From contig MU271266.1 of the NCBI GenBank assembly GCA_021432655.1, positions 66,288 through 112,679 on the forward strand: DNA of 46,392 nucleotides. Direction: 5' to 3'. The DNA comes from Atractiella rhizophila (lineage: Eukaryota). Position numbers and translations under genes: made by a program. How positions within the stretch are numbered: the stretch's first letter is position 1; each line of letters opens with the position of its first letter. Below are positions 35,620 to 46,392 of the stretch, one piece after another. The notes beneath the pieces are model-generated. The model was not told the origin of the DNA and did not search any database. It saw only the letters and a list, made by a program, of their open reading frames with translations.

Positions 35620-36302
35620 ATGTCAGACACCTCCACACCTGCACCAAATTTCTCTGCTGTCTTTCATCCACCTCTGCGTCGTCCCCGAAATCCACTGGAA
35701 GCTCAACGTGCTTACAACCACATCAGGACCGTTGCATACTTCGTTGGTCTTTCTTCATCTCGTATACGTATTTTTAACCAAGCGTTTTACAGCTGGATGC
35801 TACCGAGCACTTTTTCCCTTCATTTCAGCTACCTAGCTACATTCCTATTGGTGTAGGAGCTGAAGCCATTTTGGGAGCGATAGTCCCTGTTTTAGGGGAT
35901 GGGTTGGGGATTCTTATGGGCCTTTATCAAGTGATATTGAGCGTATGGCTTTTTAAATCAGATGGCAAGTGATAGGATTAATGGTGAGCTCTTACGTTCC
36001 TGTTGTTGTCGTCAAGAGGTGAAGTACGATGGTAGTTGCTGTACCTGCTCGTGGATGCAATCCTAGGCATGATACCAGTATATGGGGATCTACTGGACTT
36101 CATATTCAAGGTCTTTCTACCTTTGTGTCGATTCTATAACAAAATTAATGTGAGGATGCAGGCAAACTTGCTCAACCTCGCTTTGCTAGAGAGCGAGCTG
36201 AAGAAGTCGCGGTGGGCACCGGTACTCGTCTTTCCGAAAGCTCCAGATCTTAAGAAAGGGAGCACTTGGAAAGCCAAAGTAAAGAAAGGTTTGAAAAAGT
36301 AG
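35620..36302 (+). CDS. DUF4112-family membrane protein, with apparent frameshift or alternative splice near 35955
   Basis: RTVAYF|LDA, GAEAILGAIVPVLGDGLG..GLYQV and VDAILGMIPVYGDLLDFIFK|ANLLNLALLE match DUF4112. There is an in-frame TGA near 35970 unless the donor at 35943 is used or one base is missing. Confidence 0.75.
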
Positions 36303-36657
36303 GTGAATGTGTTCGAGACTGGCATGAAGGCGTCGGCGCTAGACAAGCATATTGTTGGCATTTTTTTGTAAGTCTTTCATAGTGAAAACAGCAGGACCAC
36401 TGAAGACAGGAGAAATAGCTGGCCAGGTCACGGTTGTAAGAGATACAACAATTATTCAAGCTTCCCTCTAATATTGTGATGTGAAGTGAACAGGCTGACT
36501 TTATGTCAGACCCGACTTTCAAGATGTTGCCTCATATATTGATTTCCTGTATTCAGTTTACATCACTTGTACATTTTGTTCCTAAAAGTAACGATTTAAC
36601 AGGCTATTTGGCTGAGATAAGCGATGAGAGGGACAATCTAAGTGTGTGCTTGGATTT

Positions 36658-37289
36658 TCAAGGGCTGAGCAGAAAAATATTGGCGAAAATCAGCGGAGAG
36701 ACAGCGCTTCGAATGAGAGACGAACATGATGGTTGCTACAATCCTTCTGGTATGTTTATCCTTTCGGAACTCACACAGATAGATGCCTTGCCAGGTTCCT
36801 AAATTCAGACTCTGGGTTGAAATCAGCATGCCTGTGTCGACTACAAAATGAACGAACGCACTCCATCAGTGATGGGTATGCTAATCGAAGAGCCAATAAG
36901 CGAAGCTTTAGTATGCGATACAGAATCGTCTGGTCCTTCATCTGTGTGTTGCCATGCCAGAGATTCAGGCACGATTTTGTCCAATGCCATCGTCATATCC
37001 TTCCGCACGTCAGGGTCATAATTTTCATTCACCGAGAGCGCGCAACTGTCACAAGGACGTGTCATTGACTCCCAAATATTTTTGAGCAAGATTGTACCTT
37101 GTATGCTGTACGAAGAGATGAAGGATGCCGATTTTGGTTTTGCTTACTTCTGGGATTTTGTTCAGCACCTCCTTCGTGATGAGGTGGCATCCTATCATTA
37201 TAATTCATATCAGCGCTTTTACGATGTCTCTACCGGGACTACATGCCTTTAGAATAGGAGGACAGCGTGATAGTTGTCTGAAAAGGCAT
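36658..37289 (-). CDS. UPF0047/YjbQ family protein, spliced
   Basis: SKG|CHLITKEV..GILHLFVQHT|SCALSVNENYDPDVRKDM, HTDEGPDDSVSHTKASLIG and LGTWQGIYLCEFR. The 3' end assumes a final GTTCGT..CAG intron (ATIIP*); the unspliced stop would be at 36638. Confidence 0.9.
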
Positions 37290-37815
37290 GTCGTCAATGG
37301 TGAGATTTGGGATATTAACACGCAAACTAAGACACTATAACTTAAGGGAAACAAAAAGTGACGAGACCGCGATATTTTACTTCCTGGAGAGTGCTGAATA
37401 GAGAGTAGTGTCTAAGACCAGTGGCCTAAGCACAGTCTTACTGAGAAAGAGTTGGAGATATGATCACAAAACAAGTAGCGCGAAAGGGGCATATTGTGCT
37501 TAGGAACGGTGCCAGGGTAAGTCTACTCTCTTGAGTTATTGGGTCGTGTCAACTGTCTACGTTTGTCGTGTGAGACTGCAGCAAAAGCAGTTATATAATA
37601 TATGACAACTGAACATGGCTCAAGCATACGCACAAAGTGCCGTTCCTTTTTGTAACTTCAAGCTGCTCAGGCAAAATTGCTATCGTTTCTTGGTCATTCT
37701 GCATCAAGACAGTTCTCTCTTCTATTATTGCTGCAATTTCTGTATAATCCACCTGTCGTAGAAATCCTTAGAGGATCCTGACCTGAATGTTCACGCCGGT
37801 TCTCGCCGAACCTCC

Positions 37816-40014
37816 ATGTTTTGTTCCGTCTTATCAGCCAATGTGAGCTACAAACGTACATGCGTGCTAACTATCCCATAGTATCTAGCTACCGAAACTG
37901 CAGCAGTAAAACCACGTCGCTCCTTCTCTCGCCTCCTCATTGTCTATGTGGTTCTGCCCGCAAGTGTTGCCTATGGCGCAGGGACGTACTATGCAATCAC
38001 CTCATCAAATGACAAGTTCCATTCTTTCTGGGTCGAACGGGTCCCCTTTACCGAACCAATCGTCGAATACTTTGAGCGGGAAAAGGTAGGGCAGATGGTT
38101 GATGGACTGGTGAAGAAACCGGTTACTAGCACTAGGGATCAGGCTCAGACGATCGAACGGAAGGTAGTCTCGCTTGAGGAGCAGGAAGCGGCTCGTAGGA
38201 AGAGGGAAGAGCAGGACAGGAAAGTCAGAGAAGATAAGGAGAGGCAAGCCAAGAGAAAGGCTGAACAGGCGGCAGCCGCTGTGAAAGCAGAGGCGCAAAA
38301 AGCTCTGGAGACCGAGGAAGAGTTGAGGAAGAGGGCCGTTGAGAAAATTGAAAGCGTTGGGGCCACTGTGAAGACACAAGCGACGAAGGCTAAGGATGCG
38401 GTCAAAAGCGTTATCCCCCAGAAAGCAGTTCAGACGACAGCTTCGGCCGCGACGACTATACCCGCAAGTGTTTCGGACGTAGCCTCAAATGGGTCACAAG
38501 CAGTCAAAGATGACCTTTCGGACCTGGTCCACAAAGCAGAAGAAGTCATTGACGATTTCAAGGCACCCGAAGTACAACCCACAGCCGCACCACAAGGTGT
38601 TCGGAAAGATGTCGATGGGCATCCCCTGCCTTCTCGTAAAGGACCAGCCAAGGAGCCCTATCGAGCCGCTATCCCCATCGGTTTGCAGTCTCCCCTCAAG
38701 ACCATAAATCCAAGCTGACGTTTACCATTAGGATATGAAGCACCTCCTGGTTACGCAGGTTTCGTCCCCAAACGAGACGTCAGCGCTTCGCCTGATGCTC
38801 CTAAAACTGAGGTCCCCAAACTTCCTCTCATAGCTCCCGAGATTCAAGGTATTGCTGTTTCCGAGCCTCTCGTTGGTCAGATTGCTTCGACCATTGATAA
38901 TCTCACCAACTTTCTCAACTCCAACCCTGTCCACTCATCATCTGTCGTTGGAGTCGTCGAGGCTGCTCGGAACGATCTGAAGAACTTGACCGAACGAATG
39001 GAGAGGATCAAGAAGGAAGAGAGCGAGAAACTGGAAAAACAGCTAGAATCGCAAGCCGCCCAGTATTCTGACATGTTGGCGAAGCAGGAGATGTCTGCTA
39101 TTGAGGGTTTAGATAAGATGGAAGAGGGATGGAAGAACGCTTTTGATCAGGAGAGGGAGGTCATGTTAAACAGCTATCGGACTAAGTTGGAGGCGGAGCT
39201 GGACGTCCAAAAGCAAATCATCAACGAACGCTTAAAGGAGGAGATCGTGTCGAAAGGAATCGAACTTCAACGGCGGTGGCTAAGGGAGATCAAGGTGAAA
39301 GTGGAGCAAGAGCGAGGAGGCAAGCTGTCAAAGCTGAAGGAGTTGCAAGTCGGACTCAAGAACCTAGAGAACCTCACGCTCGAGAACTCTCAAGCACTCA
39401 ATCAAAACATGGTCGCACAGAAGATTTGGACGTCCGTTCGAAACGTTCTCGTCGCCGCCCTGGAAGGAGGTGTCCAGCGACCCTTCGAGCAAGAGCTTCG
39501 TCAGCTCAATCACCTTGCTTCGAGCAACCCCATCCTGTCTAAGTCTTCAGAATCAGATTCGGATGCCTCAACGTCATCCTCTCGGACTGAAGACCTCATC
39601 TCTCTTTCTGTTTCCAGCATCCCATCCACTGTCCAGACTCGGGGACTGACACCTTTCCCTGACCTCGTGTCTCGCTTCACCCATTCTCTGTCACCAGCCA
39701 TCCGACGCGCGGCCCTCTTCCCCACTGACGGGGGTCTTGTCTCCTACCTCACTTCGGTCACCCTTTCCCCGCTTCTCTTCAAGAAAGAAGGGTACACGGA
39801 AGGCGAGGATGTCAGCGCACGGCTAGCTCGTGCTGAGTGGCACCTTGTTCGACGAGACCTTGCGAGTGCGGTTCGGGAAGTGAATGGATTGCAAGGATGG
39901 CCCAAAGTATTGGCACACGACTGGTTGAATGAAGCCAGGAGGCACTTGGAAGTGAAACAAGCACTCGAAGTAGCTCAGACGGAGGCGGAGCTCGCTCAAT
40001 TGCTCGTATTATAG
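37816..40014 (+). CDS. MIC60: MICOS subunit Mic60 (mitofilin); 5' end uncertain
   Basis: N-terminal TM followed by NDKFHSFWVERVP, long coiled coil, PIG|YEAPPGY, GIELQRRWLREIKVKVEQERGGKL, and mitofilin domain DVSARLARAEWHL..AVREVNGLQGWPKVLAHDWLNEARRHLEVKQAL. Confidence 0.92.
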
Positions 40015-40446
40015 ACATGGACAGACAGTTCAGAGTAAAAGAAACCTTTGTGTTTCCCGCTAGCGTTATTACTTGAGTGAAATCACACTCCTTTACTATC
40101 TTCTCATCGCTGAGTTGGAGTTGCGAACCAAACTATCTCAATGCAACATAGTTAGCACACACTACGTATCTACAACAAGTCTGTCTGGGAGAGAAAGTGT
40201 TCAACAAATGACTAACTGTCAGCTGCCCTGCTTTACTCAGACGTCGCATCTAATATCACCAACAAACCAACTGCAACCCTAGGGTATACATCGAGAAGTG
40301 GAAGAAGAGAAGCAAAGAAAAATAAGAGGGGCGGGAAAGCGATGAATGGAAGTAGATAGAGCAGCATCAAGTAGCCAGGCATTTAATGTTACATGAGCGC
40401 GATATGAGACGAGAACATAAAGGCTTGAAATCGAGACTTAAATAGA

Positions 40447-42671
40447 TTAATCGTGAGGTCCAACGACCACATCATCTAATACCTTCTTTGAGCCTTCGGG
40501 ACCTTCGCCAACAAATTTGTCTGGCTGCATCCTGCCCACAGGAGGGAAAGTGTCGTCGGTGATGCTGCTCGGGCTTTGAACGAGTTCAGGAGTGGCAGGC
40601 CTGTTTGAGGTTTTGACTTTGATCTTGTCTGAGTCAGATTCCGGTTTAGGAGTTCCCTGTTCTTCTTCTTCCATCAAGGAATCATCGTCATCCAACGTCG
40701 AGAACCTGAGATTCATTCCTTGAGAACGGAGCAACTCTGTAAACTGAGGAAGCGTGAGATCGTTCAATCCGTCTTCTTCAGAACTGCTTCAAATTTGTGG
40801 TAAGTGGGCTGTTCTGGCAGGGAGCAATCACAAAATGGAAAGGAAGCAGGGAATCTGATTGAACAACTTTGACTGGTCTTCTGGATAGTGTACAGGACCT
40901 CTCCTTTGATATTACTTTTTGGACAGGCAATGATGCTTTGGTCGCAAAGAAAGATCGCACGTAAAGTCGCAAATGAAGGTATACTGCGAACCAACAGGTG
41001 GCTTTTTGGACAACGGATGATGAACAAAAGCTCTCTCGTCAAGAAACACGACGATAAATAATAAATAGTCGCAGTGCCAACAAGAAACACACTAACACAC
41101 CCCATTACAATATCGCAAAGAAATGATCGACTCACTCGTCATGTCCGCCAAATCTGCTTCCACCAAAGCTATTCATCACAATCCCACTGCCGCCTCCCAA
41201 CGTTCCAGACAGTGGACCGCCACGTCCAAAGGCTCCGTAACCCAAATTACTTCTCCTCGTGAAGGGATCCTGAACACTTTCAGGCGTATCATGACCCACT
41301 TTATTGTCGACGCGCTCTTTGACCCAATCGTACCACTGTTCCTTCGTCCTACCATTCAGGAGCGCAACGACAAGGACGGTCATGTTGTCGCATCCCACTC
41401 CTCCCCAATCTGAGTCGGGAGCAAGACATTTGTCCATTAGGTTCTCGCAGATTTTTTCGAGTTCAGTCTTTTGTGCGATTTGGCGCCGGATGAAGTCGCA
41501 CGTTTGTTGAGACGTAAGGACGTCCCAAATGCCTATCCGTCACGACATGTTAGCATTGATCTTGGACGGGTAAGGGAGGTGGATAAGTACCGTCGCAAGC
41601 GAGGATGAGAAATTCATCTTCGTCTGTGATATCATGCACCGTGATGTCTGGATTGGCGGTGACGATTTGAGCCTCAGGTCCTAAACTTGTATTCTTTTTA
41701 TATTCAAAATCCCCGATTGCTCTAGACAGCGCCAAGTTACCTACGAAACCATCAGTTTGCTTTGAATCTTGTGAAAACGAGTGGGGTACCGTTGACACGT
41801 CCGAATTCAACAAAGCCACCAGCGGCTACGATCCGAGCGTTCTCGGTCTTATTAACAGGCTTATGGTCGAAAGACAATGGTTTTGCTACTCCACCAGAAC
41901 ATAAGACGGAGCGAGAGTCTCCAGCGTTGGCCTACAACGCGCAATCGATCAATTTTCTTGTGCGTTCTCAGGGGAGATAACTGTATGGACGTACGACGTA
42001 GATCTTCTTGTCTCCAGTCACAAGTGCAGCAACAGCCGTACACCCTGACGGATCACCTTGAAATTGTGGATCTGTCACAACACCACGTTCAATCGCTGAC
42101 GTCGAGAAAGAGAAAGAGGCGTACCAGCTCGAATGACTTCATCTGTGGCCAGGAAACTTTTCCGCAAACTATCTTCCCACTTTCCTTCCTTAAACTCTGA
42201 AGATTCAGCCAGCTTGTTGTGCAGGTTCGCCCCGGCATATCGCGCGACGGACACACCTTATTCCACGGTCAGTTCGTGACACGCCAGCTCCCAGAACCGG
42301 CGACGCTTACCACCATGGCCATCATACACGGCGAAGAAAGATGCCTTTGTGGGTTTTGGGGAAGCCGAATTGAGGGCTAGGACGTGCGCGTGGGAGTCCT
42401 CCATCCCTAAATGTCCGCAGAGCAACAGTCAGCAACTGAGTGGCGAGTCATCATGCACGTTCAATGCATGGATAACTACACGTGAATCTATGCAATAACG
42501 CAGATTTTGAGAGTGGCTTTAAATCACCAAAGCGACCCATTGTTCACGGAAAAGGAAGGAACGCTGACCCAACCGCCAACCCTGCATCTCGCTCACACCG
42601 AAGTAGAGATCGTCATCCTCCCCATTGAAGCTCTTCTTCTCCGTCAGAGGCTCGCTGAGCGTTTGTCCCAT
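40447..42671 (-). CDS. PTC2: Protein phosphatase 2C, Ptc2/Ptc3 type, spliced
   Basis: MGQTLSEP (N-myristoylation-type start), [55 protein letters not shown] and GCDNMT. Confidence 0.95.
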
Positions 42672-43050
42672 ACTTGAGCAGCTGTAAGTTCTTTAATGAT
42701 TAGGAAATTTTCAAAGATCGATGATGGTATCGTGTGAGTCGTGAATTTTTTAAACGGCGATTCTGAATTTCTGGGGTCGAGAATGCAGTAGAAGAGTGAC
42801 CACGAAGGCAGCGTAAGGCGTTGGCACGGATCGGGGCTTGGTTCAGGGCAGACGCTGTTGTTTGTGGTCCAGGTACTTGGTGGGAACGATGTTCAAGTTC
42901 ACCGCATCCGCTTCCGCACAAGGTACCGAGCAGGACGCACCAACTTGCGTCAACAACGCCAAATACTTTCATGACAGCTGGGACAAGTGTTAATATACAC
43001 TTCATGCAACACCTCGAATTTAATAAAGTAGCAGCAGGTAACAACGTTAA

Positions 43051-46000
43051 TTACTCCTCTTTGAGCATTTTGGTCCAATTGAACGAATCGTACATCTTCT
43101 GGAACGCCTTCACCCTCTCCGGATTACGAGAGCGGTCGATGCGTCTTGGTTTCCTCCACCTCCGCGGCTCCAGCTCAAGCATGTTGCCAATGATCTCAGT
43201 AGCAAAATATCTAGAAGGACGCGTGAGCAGCAAGATGAGAAGGGAGAATGAGCGAACGGACCGAGGGAACTCTGCACCTCCCGATCTTTGCTCGTTATCT
43301 TCATATCCGTCGCCTCCGCCCTCAGGCCCATCGACTCCCTCAATCACATGCCCATAGCCTAACGAGTCCATCAGCTTCACAAGCAGGATAAAAATGGTTA
43401 GACAGACCCTTGTTCGCTTTATAATCCCACCAGACAGCAAAATAGGGGAGAGTGGCGACCATCGATCTTCTCCAGCCCCGTTTTTCGAAGTCGATAAGCT
43501 TTTTGTGCTGGCTCCACTCCTCTTCGGAAGTAACGATGGCTTCCTAGGCTCAAGCAATCAACCTAGTTACTAACTATCATGGCGAGATGCTTACCTTGAA
43601 ATACGCGGGACTGTCATCATACAGCGACCAAGGAACGGGAATACATTCAACGAAAGTGTGCCTTTGTTGTTTGAAAGAAATGACCGTCTCAAAAAAGATA
43701 ACGCCTTTATCCTGAGAAGCGAACATCTGCATCAAAGTTTTCATGAAGTTCTTGAAACCCGATATCAGCCATCTTCTTTCGTTTGCATAGAGAGACAATA
43801 CCTTGACCTCCTCCCAAGTCTCATCGTCGGCTTCAAGCATATTAAGATGATGCTGAAGTGGCACAATGATGCAGTGACCTTCCGTGAGCTCCTCAAATTC
43901 TGTCACTGCGAGATAGGCCCTCGTGCCCAAAGCAACCATCCCAGCCTTTGGTAGGGTGACTCCATCATCACCGTAGCAGAAGGAACAATTCTCGAGCGCC
44001 TTCTTAGTCCGAGCAAAGTCTTGGACCGCGAACCGACGCTTCATCGCATCCGTCTTCATCTTCTTACGCGCGAGACGGTCGGCGTTGTCGTCCATGTAAT
44101 CAAGGTCATCCTGCGACATCGATGCTCAGTCATGACTGATGTGATGGAGGGGAAAGACACACCTCAAACTTCCCATCTTTCGTTATTCGAGATGCAAGCT
44201 CAGAGTCAAGGTTCTTTTGGGTCGCCGCTCCTCCGCCAAAGCGTTCTTGACGAACAAGCTCCTCCAGAGTCATCGAGTCGTCGTCCTTGTTGTATCGAAG
44301 CACTTCTCCAGTCTTCATATCTCTGGTTTCAAACTATCACATCGTCAGCAGTTAGTAATACTGAGAAGAACCGATCACCTTTTCTTCTTCCCTCTTCGCT
44401 TCTTCCTAGCCCGCTTATCCTCCGCGCCTTCGCCATCCTCGCCTCCTTGTCCAGTTCCGACATCGTACAATCTTCCTCTCCCATCCAGGGTTGGAAGTAC
44501 TCTAACCTCCTTCCCACCATTCTCAAGTTCTCCAGGCATTTCTTCTCTCACACCGACAGCCAAGGCGTCTTCGTACTCTTTCTCCAACTCTTTCACCTTC
44601 TTCCCTTCCGGATCCACCAGCTTCGCTNNNNNNNNNNNNNNNNNNNNNNNNNNNNNNNNNNNNNNNNNNNNNNNNNNNNNNNNNNNNNNNNNNNNNNNNN
44701 NNNNNNNNNNNNNNNNNNNNNNNNNNNNNNNNNNNNNNNNNNNNNNNNNNNNNNNNNNNNNNNNNNNNNNNNNNNNNNNNNNNNNNNNNNNNNNNNNNNN
44801 NNNNNNNNNNNNNNNNNNNNNNNNNNNNNNNNNNNNNNNNNNNNNNNNTGCGTCATTTTCTTCGATCCCGAATCCAAAACTGGGCGTGTCATCGTTTCCA
44901 TCGTGGCCGAAGACATGGTGTCGACGGCAGCAAGCTTACTACTTTGCCTTGAGACAGCCGCCAGAGTAGCTTGAGTGGGAGTAAATACGGAAGGAACGGG
45001 AGTGGATGGTTTGGACGCTTGTCTACTTTGCGCTCCTGACGGTGTAGGGGTCGCGAGAGGCGACTCTCCCGGTTTTCGAAAGCTGGAAGAACGCATGCCG
45101 CTTCCTCCCTCAAAGCTGTACCTCGGACCCATTCGACTTCCGCCTCCTGGCTCGGAAGAGAAATACGACCCCTTCCCACCACCGGCTCCTCCTTTTCTTT
45201 CACTACGGCGATCTTCGCGAGCATCCACGATCCGCTTCTCCTCCTCCACAGCACGGAAGGCCTCCATCGACCCAAATCGGTCGATAGCGAGTTCTTCGAG
45301 TGGGATGGAAGGGTCGTCTTCGTGCGCTTCATAGAGCCTCTTGAGTTTCGTAATCCTCCAAGAGGAGCCAGCTGATCCAGCGACTGGGGTACTGGCACCG
45401 CTGCCGCCGTTACCATCCTTCGTGGTAGAAGGGATTTCACCCTTCCTCCAATAATCCCGATTAAGCTCTCTCGCGCTCTTCCCTAACATTTCTTCAGGAG
45501 CGGGTGCTAGCCCTTTCTCCTTTTTCTTCCTCTCCCGACCCAAATCTCCAAAGTCCCCAATTCCAAACATGCCTTTGCCTCCTTCTGCCGTCGAGCTTCC
45601 GACGTCTCCCTCGCCGTATCCTCCGGTGTAGTCTTCCTCCTCCATCTCCCAAGGACGAGACCTTTTGGAGGGCATGGAGCCGACAGCAAATGTTCCGCCG
45701 TCTACTTCGTGCCTTCCGTCCATTTCCACAGGTACGATTATGGGTGCCTCGTCTAGCATAGAATCCGTGATTTTGGACGCAGAATGAGTTGAGTGAGGGA
45801 GATACGGTGGAACGGTGGATGGGGCGGAGGAAGATGTTAACGCGTTAGCTGCAGATGTCGGAATAGAGGAGATCGACGGTGGCTACCGAAATACAGCAAT
45901 AAGTTCAAACTCCAGTTACTATGTCAGATACGTACAATGAATGGTTCACCACCTTCTATGTTAGAGCCGGAGGTACTAGCAACAGGCGCTTTCTCAGCCC

Positions 46001-46145
46001 ATTCGTATTCATCCTCAGAACCGTCATCATCAACAATCTTCAGTTTCTTCTCCCGTTTTCGCGACTTCTTGCGCTCTTTGCGATCTTCATCGTCTCTGTG
46101 ACGCTTCTTCGACTTCCTCTCTTCTCTGTCCCTGTGCGAAGACAT
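43051..46145 (-). CDS. CWF19L2: CWF19-like 2 / CwfJ C-terminal domain splicing factor, spans an assembly gap
   Basis: GSSWRITKLKRLYE..LEELAIDRFGS, DDDSMTLEELVRQERF, ALENCSFC, LTEGHCIIVPLQH, HTFVECIPVP, GYGHVIEG and FATEIIGNMLELEPRRWRKP..FNWTKML. Confidence 0.92.
44628..44848. other. Assembly gap (221 N)
   Basis: Run of n characters inside the CWF19L2 coding region. Confidence 0.99.
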
Positions 46146-46392
46146 TGCAACAGGAGGTAGACGCGAGCGACTTTGAAGTGTACTGAGGAACGCTTTCTTT
46201 TGAAATCACAAATCTGCCCATGCACCACGGCTGGAAAATGGCGCACCTAGCCTGTGTGTACTATGAAAGTGTAAATGAGCACTTGGTAACTGTTGCTGGT
46301 ATCCGTTTGAGCTTTGAAGTCTTGGAGTGTGTGATTGTGATAGTCTTATTGCTTTTAGAAGACGGTAATACTTTACAGGAATCTGACTCTTC

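Noticed and set aside
41132..41143. C-terminal HDE of the short PP2C isoform as an ER-retrieval signal
   Set aside because: It lacks the terminal Leu of HDEL, and the protein has no signal peptide.
42429..42454. Perfect ATGATGA plus CTGA in the 162-nt PP2C intron 1 (minus strand)
   Set aside because: The boxes are only ~15 nt apart and the CTGA is part of the branch site (GCTGAC); too short for a snoRNA.

Overview
Gene-dense, intron-rich fungal genomic DNA; a basidiomycete is inferred from the protein families, introns of mostly ~40-70 nt, and frequent GTTCGT/GTGCGT/GTACGT donors. I reconstructed 21 spliced genes by eye. In order they are SWA2-like auxilin (partial), FSH1 serine hydrolase, ORC5, a CS-domain tail-anchored protein, an orphan disordered protein, a protoglobin/fungoglobin, CCC1/VIT1, a mitochondrial HMG-box protein, PDB1, PDR16-like CRAL-TRIO, an intronless YjlB-like cupin, TCTP, a hydroxybenzoate/salicylate decarboxylase, an NT-C2 protein, BMS1, SCS2/VAP, DUF4112, UPF0047/YjbQ, MIC60, PTC2/3 PP2C and CWF19L2 (spanning an N gap). 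I saw no CRISPR array, rRNA, tRNA or intact transposon. The best leads are (1) a structured box C/D-like RNA in the unusually long first intron of BMS1, (2) a tail-to-tail globin/CCC1 pair in which both proteins carry extra Cys/His motifs, (3) splice-dependent C-termini in FSH1 (PTS1) and PTC2/3, and (4) an apparent frameshift in the DUF4112 gene. Exon boundaries are manual and unverified by transcript data, and family assignments come from motif recognition, not database searches.
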